Assembly (NCBI GenBank): GCA_020137815.1
Contig: CM035353.1
Span: forward strand, 372,001-436,000
Reading direction: 5' to 3'
Origin: Hormiphora californensis
Taxonomy: Eukaryota > Animalia > Ctenophora
DNA: 64,000 nt
The position numbers and the translations under genes were made by a program. A model generated the notes under the pieces. The model searched no databases. It saw nothing but the letters and a program-made list of their open reading frames with translations, and was not told the DNA's origin. Of this stretch, positions 1-11,376 are shown in pieces; the stretch's first letter is position 1; each line of letters begins with the position of its first letter.

Positions 1-1234
1 AGCGAGTCATGACTTATCCTGGCTCACACTGCTAATACATAAACAGGAATATATAGTCAACAATCAACATAGACAATCTTTTCATTGGATTGTAGCAGCT
101 AAATATCAATGATGAGATCTGTTCAGGATTGGATCAATGCAATTCCAATCAATCAAAACAATATACTGAAGGTAGTTTGATAGCTACTAGATATAAGCAT
201 TTGACTAACGTCGGGATAAAAGCGATACCAATTATATACATGATATTATTACTATTTATAAAGAGTTACTAGAGTAAATCAGATAAACACTATACCGCAA
301 AAAGTTAGGTACTTAGTTGGTTACCCTATACACTAACTATTCAATGACACTTTGTAGGCGCGGCTCTGAGTCACAGCCACTGAGTCTCTGCACTTCATCA
401 GCTCCCACTTTACCTTGTTCAAAGTGGCTTGAACAAAACAACTTGCACTGCAGGTTCGATCACTGTTACTAAGTTAGCTCTGTTTAAGTACCTCTCTAAA
501 TCTCAAACAGTAAAAAGTACAAAAGTCGAGACAGGGTTCTAGTTAGTATGTTCCACAGCTGTGCAGCTTATCTTTCAAAGCTGACTAACTGAGCTATGTA
601 TTATACCCACTCATTGGCTACGAAATAACCGCTCTAAAGAGTCGCTGGCAAGGGAGGGGTAACTTTGTAACCAATTCCATATAAGCTTGGACAGCGTAAC
701 AAATAGTGAGTTTAACTAAAAGTAAAATGGGTTGTTGCGCCCTGCACCCTGGACCAGAATAATTAAATGACTAATCTTGAAACTATATGTTTTAAAAGAC
801 TGTACAGCGTGGAGAGTTAGCTATAGAATCAAAGATTAAAAAAAATTAAAATCCTCAAAATGGCCAAGGTGCTCTCTTAGACTTTCTTTGCCTCATTACA
901 TGCAGCTTCCTCCCTGTTTAACTTTTTAAAGGCAAGCTGTTTGTAAACAAAAAGATTAGAAGGAGTATAATAGACCACTTTAAACCATTAAACACTGCAT
1001 GAACATTGCAGGAAACAATCCTTCTTCTTATATAATATAAGATACTTAATAGATCTCTGCTGCTTCTAAAGAAGAAACCAACACATTGCTCATGATGATG
1101 GATCAATCTACTATATTATCTACTATTATATCAATATACTCAAAGTAGCATGGGTAAACTGTTAGCTGCTACTATGTGAACATGCCTCTTCTTTCAAAGG
1201 CTGGTGACTTTCGCTAACTCATATCACTACTTTC

Positions 1235-1257
1235 CTGTTAGGCCAATGCTCTGACAG
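1235..1257 (-). mobile_element. 23-bp solo form of the CTGTCAG mini-MITE with 8-bp TSD
   Basis: ctgttaggccaatgctctgacag flanked on both sides by ctactttc (1227-1234, 1258-1265); its reverse complement matches the repeat unit of the elements at 2200 and 10663. Confidence 0.75.
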
Positions 1258-1623
1258 CTACTTTCAGTCTGTGTGCTATATAAGAAAAATGACTGGATTT
1301 CTCTACAACGCGACAAGTACATGTTACCTGGGGGAAATCGTAGTCTAAAATGCTAGTATATTGGACCAATATAATAGCATTTTAGACTACGATACAGGAA
1401 CAACGATCCTGAATGATTCGCTATTGCTTTGAAAAGATATTTGGATTGTCATTCAATCATAATCCTTAATCCAATTCCACAACTATATTAGCAGAATTTA
1501 GATTCAAGTTCATTGCCTCCAGCTATAGAAAAAATTAACCAATGGCCTGGGTGGGTTAGTGGGGGATATTTTTATCAATCTCTTACTTCCTTCTCTCCTA
1601 GATTAGCAATAACATATCTCTCT

Positions 1624-1735
<112 letters not shown>

Positions 1736-2199
1736 TCTCTCTCTCTCACATACACTCTCTCCCCCTTTTTGCACACCTACCGTTACACAACTTAATGCGT
1801 TGCACTACGTAGTGGGTCGTTATATAGAGAATAGAGAGCTTTAATAGCGAACGGAGGGAGGGAAAGGTGTGAAATATGCCGGATAAACTTATACAGTCTG
1901 TAGAAAGTCTCTAGATATATCCATCGACGGTTCAAACTTTTCAACACTATGATACGACTTTTCGTTTACATATCCAAAACTATGCGATTTAAGAACAGCT
2001 GATTGGTCAACTTATTGATTCCGCTTAAAATAATTTTGAGAGACTTTCTATGATGATTTATAATTTAGACTAAAGTGACCTACATCGTACAGGTCACGTA
2101 GGAATATAATAGGATTGAATAAAGCTTTATGTATAGCTGTTTAGCCGGGAGCACGGTATTATAATACAGGACTGGCACAGGATAGTACCGACTGCAGCA

Positions 2200-2281
2200 C
2201 TGTCAGAGCATTGGCCTGACCCTATTCTCATTTCTCTCAAATAAGTGCGCGAGAACTGTGGTCAGAGCATTGGCCTGACAG
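2200..2281 (+). mobile_element. 82-bp mini-MITE (CTGTCAG...CTGACAG ends, 8-bp TSD)
   Basis: TSD ctgcagca at 2192-2199 and 2282-2289; internal 19-bp direct repeat gtcagagcattggcctgac at both ends; second copy at 10663. Confidence 0.85.
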
Positions 2282-2627
2282 CTGCAGCAGCTCACGTGTC
2301 ATGTCACTATTATCATATTGTATGCGCCTGGTAAACAATACAGATTCCACAAAACAATGTTGGTTCATTAAAAAATTATCAATTGGATTATATGACTTGT
2401 TCGATCTTTTGGCAGCACATGTAAATTCCAAATTTTAAAAACCTGTTGAAGTAGAACTTCCGTTCACTTGAATGCCCAATACCCCTTGCCCAGAAAAACT
2501 ACTCTTCCGCTGTACCCATCTGCACGTGCAGTATCAACCAACCCGCCATTAACAACCTCTTCAGTCTTCAATTTCCACGTGCAATAACGGTTGCTATAGC
2601 GACCTCTTATAATTATTAATCTAGAGA

Positions 2628-2750
2628 TCATGGCAACCATGGTAACCAGATCACAGATGTCTCTGGTTACCATGGTAACACACACTTTCTCCACAGAGTA
2701 TTCCCCCCTGGTTAACATGGTAACACATGGCTCTGGTTACCATGGTAACA
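2628..2750. repeat. cluster of palindromic GTTACCATGGTAAC-type motifs (X-box-like)
   Basis: several copies of gttaccatggtaac/gttaacatggtaac within ~120 bp; resembles the RFX X-box consensus. Confidence 0.5.
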
Positions 2751-3707
2751 AATATCTCTTTCCCCAGATTTTTCCCAACGGAGGACAGCTGGGACACGTA
2801 CGTGCAGTTTTCGGAAAACAAGACCCATTTCAACTTTATTTATGTTACACTCCCAGCTCTACCCTAATAGGTATACTCAGCTAGTCCATAAATTATTTTA
2901 GAAAGGAGCAGGCTGTTGCTGACCACCGTGCTGACCAAACGACCATCACTTCGACGCGACATCTCCAAATTATAAAAGAGATTTTTTCCCTGCCCGGGTG
3001 ATCTTTTTAGCACGCACGTGCTAAAAAGATCATTCAGGATTTAGAAATCAGCAGATTGTGTAGTTAACTAATAGTGTCCGTCCGTCACGGACAACGCCTA
3101 ACAACAAGTCTGCTCCTTCATAAAACTTTCATCTCACGCTTCGTTGATTCAACAAAGGAAATGATTAACAGACATTGTGGCGCGCAATTACTCGCTGATA
3201 GCACTTCCCACTATCACCTGAAATCACTTTAGGCGCCCTACAGCCATGCTATGAAGTGGTAGAACGTCTTCCAAGCATGAAACTACTGTAAAACTAGTGA
3301 CTCGAGTTGAGATGCGGTTAAAGTTGAAGCACTTGGTAACCAACTGGGGTCTACTAAGCAACTGCCTTGGTTGCCATAGCAACTGTCCTGGTTACCATAG
3401 CAACTGCTTTGGTTACCATAGGAACTTACCTAGTTACCTTAGTAAGCAACATCACATCAGCCAAAAAAATGCTCTTTGAGCACAAAATTCATTAGAAAAT
3501 CCAGTTTTGAAGCTTATTTATCAATTTAAATCCATTTGTGGCAGGGAAACACCGCATTATGAATACAAAATGCTGTTGGACCAGTCTGAGAGGACTGGGG
3601 GCACCATCCGCGGTAGAAGAAGAGGGTTTGCAGCTGGGAGCTGCAGCAGTTCTCGCGTTTTCCAGAGTTGATTCAGACAATCACAACACAAATATTTTCA
3701 AATGGGA

Positions 3708-3750
3708 ATTGTCAAACGTTTCGGCAACGGGTGCCCTCATCAGTAACAAT
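3708..3750 (-). ncRNA. minimal type I hammerhead ribozyme (PLE-associated), left arm
   Basis: reverse complement of 7195-7237. Confidence 0.8.
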
Positions 3751-3892
3751 AATAAATGAAATATGGTTCGACAATTTATAACACATGATGCTACCTACCA
3801 ATTAGCGATTGCTGTCTAGCCGGGCTGCAAAACAAGTCGTGTTCATAATCTGATTTATGTGGGCTAAATCAAAGTGGGGGTCGGATTCCCAA

Positions 3893-5070
3893 TCAGAATA
3901 TGAACCCGTTTGTTTTACATTCGTTCAGGCCTGGCTGCTCTCGCTGGATTGCTAAGTTCTCTCTTAGAAAGGTATCAATGCAGTCTCTTCCTCTGTCTAA
4001 AATTCTAAAATCAAAATTCTTCAAAAAATTCTCAAAATCTCTAGTGTTCTTCTCTCCCGTCACTGCCTCTGGATGAGTGGTTACTAGATGTTTCCCCAGG
4101 GTGGTCCGGTGGTTCCCAAGGCGTTGGCTGCTCTCGTGTTCACCTGCTCGCACGATGATAGGGCGTGTTGTGGCTCCGATGTAGACTCCCGAGCAGTAGT
4201 TACAGGTTGCTTTGTAGACTACATTTCTGGTGTTACAGGGGACCTTGGCTTGGTGGAGGGTGCAGCTGCATGTGGGGGTTGGAGCTAGTTTTCGCACCAG
4301 GGCTGCTTTCACTTCACTCTTTACAGTTCTCCCGCTCGTTGTCACTACCCGGATTGGAATACCAGATTTGGCTGTTGATTTCCGGATCCTTCTGGTAAGG
4401 GCTTCATTGACGTACGGGATCTTCAGGATGTGCTTGGGGTCTGTGTCCGAGGGAGCTTGGGAGTTGGGTTGGGTAGGGGTTAAGGGAGGGGGAGGGGGAG
4501 GGGTTAGTGTGGGTGTGGTGGGTGTGTGGGGTGTGTGGGTGTGTTTCGCTACTTCACTGGTGATGGTGAGGGTGACGAGTTCTTGCGGGTACTCTGAGTT
4601 GGTCAGGTTCCGCCGGAGGTCCTCTAGGTGTGGCCAGGCGAGGTCTTTGCTGGAGCAGAGGTTTAGGATCCTTCGGGTCTCTGTCCTGATGATGTTTGTT
4701 TTTATTCTGGCCTCGCAGTGGGAATTGAAGGAGAGGTAAAGGCCGGAGTGTGTCTCCTTCTGGTACAGTTGGTGCTGTATGCATCCTTCATCTGTGATGG
4801 TGATGAGGATGTCGAGGAAACTGATTCTCCGGTGGCTGGGCTCCTCCATGGTGAATCTTAGTTCCCCTTCCCATACGTTGTTGAGGCAGTTCAGAAAGTT
4901 GTGGGCGTCTCCTATTGTCTTCCACATGGAGTTGGAGTCATCAACGTAGGTTCCCAGGAAGAGGGGTCTTTTGTTGGGCTCCGTGTTGGTGAGGGCACGT
5001 CTGTAGGTGAAGTCCACTAGGATTTCGGCGTAGGCTCCCGAGGAGTGGTAACCTGTCCCGACACCGGTGG
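3893..5070 (-). pseudogene. inverted duplicate of the 3' part of the PLE ORF (C-terminal RT + GIY-YIG)
   Basis: translation identical to the + strand ORF from TGVGTGY onward; the N-terminus in the ORF track is antisense read-through. Confidence 0.9.
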
Positions 5071-7052
5071 CTATCGAGAAGTTACGGGACTCACTCTCAC
5101 CAATCCTGGGCGACAAAAAGAACTGGAGGGTAACACCCAACCACAACAGGAAGGATCTTGAGAGCCTGAGACTAACTACGAAAAACGTCAAGGAAGTCAC
5201 CATCATCCCCACCGACAAGACAAATCGTTTCTGCACCCTCCCCACAACGGCCTGCGAGGAGAGACTACAACAACATCTGGCAAACGGATGGACTGAGCTA
5301 AGCGAGGACCCCTCCAACTCATTCCAGCTACAAGCCAACACTCTCCTAAAGGAAGCCCTAAAGGAAGCAGACATACATGACGAGTACCTAGTCACACGTC
5401 TGTCGACCAGGCACGCCAGGGCCCCCATCATCTATCCCCTGGCCAAAGATCACAAGCCGGACTTCCCCAACACCAAAGTTAGGGTGGTACAACCGGTGGC
5501 AGGCAGCGCAGTGGAAAAACTAGATGTAATCGTGGCCAGCATCTTGTCCCAAATACTCCCCCTCCTGAGATACAGGGTGGACTCCAGCAGAAGATTTATA
5601 ACCCAATGCCTGTCACCTTGGACTGAGGGACAGGGAGGAGCCGCATCCCCCCAACATCTGGGACCAGATCACGTCATCGTGTCCATGGACATTGAATCCA
5701 TGTATCCATCCCTCCCAACCCACAGGATGGCTATGGATGTCCTCCTTGACTACCTACAGGAACACAAGGACAACATCGACATGCTAGGATTCGACCCACA
5801 TCACATCACCAAGTTCATGCAGTTCATCACTTCCCACACATATGCACGTGCATGTGGGAACCACTACCTGCAAACCACCGGTGTCGGGACAGGTTACCAC
5901 TCCTCGGGAGCCTACGCCGAAATCCTAGTGGACTTCACCTACAGACGTGCCCTCACCAACACGGAGCCCAACAAAAGACCCCTCTTCCTGGGAACCTACG
6001 TTGATGACTCCAACTCCATGTGGAAGACAATAGGAGACGCCCACAACTTTCTGAACTGCCTCAACAACGTATGGGAAGGGGAACTAAGATTCACCATGGA
6101 GGAGCCCAGCCACCGGAGAATCAGTTTCCTCGACATCCTCATCACCATCACAGATGAAGGATGCATACAGCACCAACTGTACCAGAAGGAGACACACTCC
6201 GGCCTTTACCTCTCCTTCAATTCCCACTGCGAGGCCAGAATAAAAACAAACATCATCAGGACAGAGACCCGAAGGATCCTAAACCTCTGCTCCAGCAAAG
6301 ACCTCGCCTGGCCACACCTAGAGGACCTCCGGCGGAACCTGACCAACTCAGAGTACCCGCAAGAACTCGTCACCCTCACCATCACCAGTGAAGTAGCGAA
6401 ACACACCCACACACCCCACACACCCACCACACCCACACTAACCCCTCCCCCTCCCCCTCCCTTAACCCCTACCCAACCCAACTCCCAAGCTCCCTCGGAC
6501 ACAGACCCCAAGCACATCCTGAAGATCCCGTACGTCAATGAAGCCCTTACCAGAAGGATCCGGAAATCAACAGCCAAATCTGGTATTCCAATCCGGGTAG
6601 TGACAACGAGCGGGAGAACTGTAAAGAGTGAAGTGAAAGCAGCCCTGGTGCGAAAACTAGCTCCAACCCCCACATGCAGCTGCACCCTCCACCAAGCCAA
6701 GGTCCCCTGTAACACCAGAAATGTAGTCTACAAAGCAACCTGTAACTACTGCTCGGGAGTCTACATCGGAGCCACAACACGCCCTATCATCGTGCGAGCA
6801 GGTGAACACGAGAGCAGCCAACGCCTTGGGAACCACCGGACCACCCTGGGGAAACATCTAGTAACCACTCATCCAGAGGCAGTGACGGGAGAGAAGAACA
6901 CTAGAGATTTTGAGAATTTTTTGAAGAATTTTGATTTTAGAATTTTAGACAGAGGAAGAGACTGCATTGATACCTTTCTAAGAGAGAACTTAGCAATCCA
7001 GCGAGAGCAGCCAGGCCTGAACGAATGTAAAACAAACGGGTTCATATTCTGA
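5067..7052 (+). CDS. Penelope-like reverse transcriptase + GIY-YIG endonuclease, 5'-truncated
   Basis: 661 open codons; motifs IIPTDKT, SMDIESMYPS, TYVDD, SFLDILI, LYQKETHS; endonuclease VVYKATCNYCSGVYIGAT...HE...RE..I....PGLN; no initiator ATG. Confidence 0.95.
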   Translation: MAIEKLRDSLSPILGDKKNWRVTPNHNRKDLESLRLTTKNVKEVTIIPTDKTNRFCTLPTTACEERLQQHLANGWTELSEDPSNSFQLQANTLLKEALKEADIHDEYLVTRLSTRHARAPIIYPLAKDHKPDFPNTKVRVVQPVAGSAVEKLDVIVASILSQILPLLRYRVDSSRRFITQCLSPWTEGQGGAASPQHLGPDHVIVSMDIESMYPSLPTHRMAMDVLLDYLQEHKDNIDMLGFDPHHITKFMQFITSHTYARACGNHYLQTTGVGTGYHSSGAYAEILVDFTYRRALTNTEPNKRPLFLGTYVDDSNSMWKTIGDAHNFLNCLNNVWEGELRFTMEEPSHRRISFLDILITITDEGCIQHQLYQKETHSGLYLSFNSHCEARIKTNIIRTETRRILNLCSSKDLAWPHLEDLRRNLTNSEYPQELVTLTITSEVAKHTHTPHTPTTPTLTPPPPPPLTPTQPNSQAPSDTDPKHILKIPYVNEALTRRIRKSTAKSGIPIRVVTTSGRTVKSEVKAALVRKLAPTPTCSCTLHQAKVPCNTRNVVYKATCNYCSGVYIGATTRPIIVRAGEHESSQRLGNHRTTLGKHLVTTHPEAVTGEKNTRDFENFLKNFDFRILDRGRDCIDTFLRENLAIQREQPGLNECKTNGFIF

Positions 7053-7194
7053 TTGGGAATCCGACCCCCACTTTGATTTAGCCCACATAAATCAGATTAT
7101 GAACACGACTTGTTTTGCAGCTCGGCTAGACAGCAATCGCTAATTGGTAGGTAGCATCATGTGTTATAAATTGTCGAACCATATTTCATTTATT

Positions 7195-7237
7195 ATTGTT
7201 ACTGATGAGGGCACCCGTTGCCGAAACGTTTGACAAT
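7195..7237 (+). ncRNA. minimal type I hammerhead ribozyme (PLE-associated), right arm
   Basis: stem I attgtta/tgacaat, core CTGATGA, stem II ggca/tgcc, GAA, palindromic ACGT in place of stem III, GUU cleavage triplet; this layout is typical of PLE hammerheads. Confidence 0.8.
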
Positions 7238-8480
7238 TCCCATTTGAAAATATTTGTGTTGTGATTGTCTGAATCAACTCTGGAAAACGCGAGAACTGCT
7301 GCAGCTCCCAGCTGCAAACCCTCCCCAATACAAAATGCAATAGTTCTTGTTGGTTTGACAATTGAATTTTGTCCTGTTTGCCGAAGCCATGCGTCGCTAG
7401 GTAAAGTGCTTAGTGCAGTACCACATATATATGTTTAACTAAATAATTGCAAAATCAGGCATAAAGTACGCTAGTTATCAATCACTATCTTTCTCTCTCT
7501 CTCTCTCTCCCTAACACCCTGATCTAATTGTAAATCGAGCAGCACAGAGCGAGTACATCACGTTTGGTCACCATACATACAGGCACATGTCACCTCTCAT
7601 CAGGCCCAAGGCCATCACTCGACAATTACACACATTATAATATGTGAGTACTGGATTTGCAACTAATGTATTAAACAAGTGACACCTGTCACAATAATCA
7701 GCTATAGTTTAGGAGAATAATTATTACACAGAGAACTAAGTTTAGAGAGACACAGTGTACTTCTGCCCTAATTTCCGAAAATATACAACATGTGCAACAC
7801 ATTAAAATTACATTATATGTAATGCAATTAAACTTTTCTTTAAAGGGAGTTTTCTAAATAATTACTGTACTGAAATAAATGTCAGATAAATATCTAATAT
7901 CTGATTCCAGTAAATATCTTGATATACAAAACAAAACACGTGTTTCGTTTGATACTCCAGAGAATCTCCAGAGTTCTCTGTAGAGTTCTATATCTGAGGA
8001 TTGACTCCTCAAACCAACACAGTAACAGATATTGAACATACTTCAGTGTTAGACTTTTATTATTCATTCTAAAAAAGCTCTGGGGTAGTACAAGATAGTC
8101 AAGTTCATTGAAATGAACTATGTTTGTGGGTATAAATAGAAAAGAAAATTATAAAATCATAAAGACTATAACCGAAGCTGCACTATGAAAGCATGCTAGC
8201 AATTGTCTTCACCATAATTTTGTTTCTATTGCTGGCTTGTTTTTTTTCTAAGGCACTCTCATTTGTCACCTACTTAGAGTAGTTGAATAGTCTACCGGAC
8301 TACTGAGAAATGATACACTATATAGTTCGTTAACCCAGCTTTTACGTACACATAGTGCCCATGCAAAGCAGCTGGTGAGAAGCGAGAGAGGTAGAAGAGT
8401 AGCCCTCTATCTTAGGTTATACTCGCCATTCTCGCGAGAGAGAGGAGATATCGAGAGCAGAGAGAGAGGAGAGAGCGCGG

Positions 8481-8513
<33 letters not shown>

Positions 8514-9705
8514 AGAGAGAGAGAGAGGGAAGAGAGGAGAGAGAGTGAGAGGGCTCTCTCTACTCTCTCTCTCTCTCTCTCGCTCTATCTCTCTCTCTCT
8601 CTCTCTCTCTCTATCTCACTAAGTCAACACCAATAAGTAATGCACTATGTAGACCGCTCATATATTCAGCGATGAATTATTGACACTCTCTTTAGAGTCC
8701 CTCTTGTAAGAACACACTGATCAAGATCTCCACCAACGTTCATCATCGTTAAGAGAGATCTCAACAAGATACGACAGTGTCACACTCACAATGCTAGGGA
8801 TATCTGTCTTACATACTTGAAAGATATATTATATCATGGTAAATGATATTAGGAAATGTACCTAGTGAAGAACACTAATTAGTGTCGAATGATTTACAGC
8901 CTTTACATACAAACAATAATATTCAGTTTATCGTCCCAATATTATATGTATGTACTAGTAAAACTGGGACGATCGTATAACCGATCGCAAATCGAGGGAT
9001 CTGTTTCTATGATTTTTCTCTATCTCTCTGTCGTTCTGCCTCACTCTATCTTCTCTCAAAGACAAACAGTTACAGCTAGTCCGGACCACTTCAATATCTC
9101 ACAGAGGGATAACGCTACCTTGTTCCGGAGAACCTCTCAATTAGAGAACTCCAAAGTCTCACTTGGTTAGGCCGAGAGTTAGACTCCTTGGAGCGTTTGA
9201 AGCGATATGCTTTGCATAGTCCTTATCACAGCACTATAACGACGACAACAACCCGCTCGCATGAGGAGGAGCCTTGGCGAGGCGCAGCGGCTTACGGCTC
9301 CCAGTCTTGACTGGGAGTCGTCCGCTTCTCCTGGTCTGGACTGGGAGCTCTACGAATTCTCTTCAACCAAAGGGACTGCTTCTGAAAATTTCAGTGGAGG
9401 ATGCAAGGAGTGTCAATCGACACCCTAGCAGACCAGGAGCGGTCGAGCTGGCGAGAGGTTCTCTCCTGCGGAGAGCTTCTTTTGGTTCTATTTAACTTTA
9501 AACAACAACAACAAGTTCAACAAATTACTACATTCAGGAATTAATAAAGTATATGTAGGGTTTCTAACAACCTAATTTCTCTCCTGAAACTACGTCGTTT
9601 AAAGACAGCTTGGATTGGAGATCTACATTCATTCATGAGGGTGTATGCAGTCCCAGGTTGATATGGACCCTCGCACGATCGATACACTGTTAATAATCAG
9701 AAGAC

Positions 9706-10029
<324 letters not shown>

Positions 10030-10662
10030 TCTCATTTATGTCTCGCTATCCGTTATCGGTCATTGCATATAAGCTGCGTAAAAATTGAACTTTTACTATC
10101 GACGCGAAACAATGGGTTCAAAAAGTACATCTTAGCGTTCAATATGTACCATCATGTGTAACCATGGTGAATATCATTTATATTATTATATATATAAGCA
10201 CCTAGTAAATAACCATTAACTCCGGTAAACTAATCACTCTAAATTCCGGGAAACCGATTCCGGGTTTCGAGCTGTGTAAAAATCAAACCTAAACCGAACC
10301 TGCAAGTCTGGCGGGTTTCAAAATCATTTGTTGTTCGATTGGCATATATGTATGGCAATGGTAATGATTTGCCTAGCTCGACCCTCTTTCTGTGCAAGGA
10401 TCAAGTAAGAACATAACAAGGTAGTGATATGGACTAAACAGCCAATTACGAGTCGAAGCTGCTAACACAAGTATATATCAACTAGGTACTCTAAATTCAG
10501 CAGTTTACGATCGAGAGACTCATAGGTCGACTGGGAGCAAAAACCAGCTTTATATTTATAGAGATCATGGTGTATCAAGAAACAGAATCTCTTTCTAATC
10601 AACATCAAGATACATATAAATAAACAACAATGACCCGTTCATCCTGTTTATAACTCGAAGAC

Positions 10663-10745
10663 CTGTCAGAGCATTGGCCTGACCCTAGTATCATTTCTTC
10701 AAATAGGAGCGCGTGAGAACTGCGGTCAGAGGATTGGCCTGACAG
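10663..10745 (+). mobile_element. 83-bp mini-MITE, same family as 2200-2281
   Basis: TSD tcgaagac at 10655-10662 and 10746-10753; same ends and internal sequence. Confidence 0.85.
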
Positions 10746-10812
10746 TCGAAGACAATTTTATATGAAGACAATTTGAGGAAATTTTGATTTCGAGTTTCAG
10801 ATCTTTTAACTA

Positions 10813-10970
10813 AAGTCCATTTTTATTCAACTGTTCACCCTCCAACTCGTTCGCGTGCGATATTTTAATTTACGCTGCGCGCGCTACACGTTAACATGTG
10901 ATAAACGCGCAAAACAATTCCGCGCACGACTTTGGGGGGTGAACAGTTGAAAAAAAATGGAGTATACTTT
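10813..10970. mobile_element. small MITE-like inverted repeat
   Basis: tccatttttattcaactgttcaccc ... gggtgaacagttgaaaaaaaatgga inverted arms. Confidence 0.55.
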
Positions 10971-11266
10971 GCTATATATAGCTAAGACGTTAAAAGATCA
11001 GAAAAATTCCTTGAACTAAAAATATATATTAAATGTTAATTATGCGACAAAGCAGTTGTGAGATGTGGTCAAGGGGCCAACTAAATATAGCGTTTAATAA
11101 CAAAACTACAAAGGGTCGTCCGGTATATGTACAAGGTCTCTCTGGAGTACACGCAAGCGATTCTCGTATCTGAATTGGACGAAGGTAGATCTTAGTGAAT
11201 TTCCCACCATGTGTTCAATGTCCATAGAAATAAAGAGAGAGAGAGAGAGTAAACGGAGAGAGACCG

Positions 11267-11376
<110 letters not shown>

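Larger units (their letters stand above)
3574..7326. mobile_element. Penelope-like retroelement (GIY-YIG PLE), inverted double copy, 12-bp TSD
   Basis: 3622-5070 is the near-perfect reverse complement of 5875-7323; TSD aatacaaaatgc at 3562-3573 and 7327-7338. Confidence 0.92.
2982..7351 (+). mobile_element. Helentron-associated non-autonomous element (HINE/DINE-1-like), interrupted by the Penelope insertion
   Basis: subterminal inverted repeats tttccctgcc (2985-2994) / ggcagggaaa (3540-3549), 5' palindrome, gtcc repeat near 3075; 3' hairpin gcattatgaatac..aatgc split by the insertion; ends in ttcttgtt; uninterrupted relatives at 21053 and 56137. Confidence 0.65.

Noticed and set aside
1-1110. 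Possible minus-strand exons of a hydrophobic or 7TM-like gene (similar hints at ~7850-8270)
   Set aside because: Could not assemble a stop-free spliced frame or recognise a family.
3893-5431. 512-aa ORF as an independent gene
   Set aside because: Its first ~120 residues are antisense of the + strand PLE read across the inversion junction.
8985-9530. Possible LTR or retroelement end (weak similarity to ~24300-24550)
   Set aside because: No TG..CA ends, TSD or coding remnant could be established.
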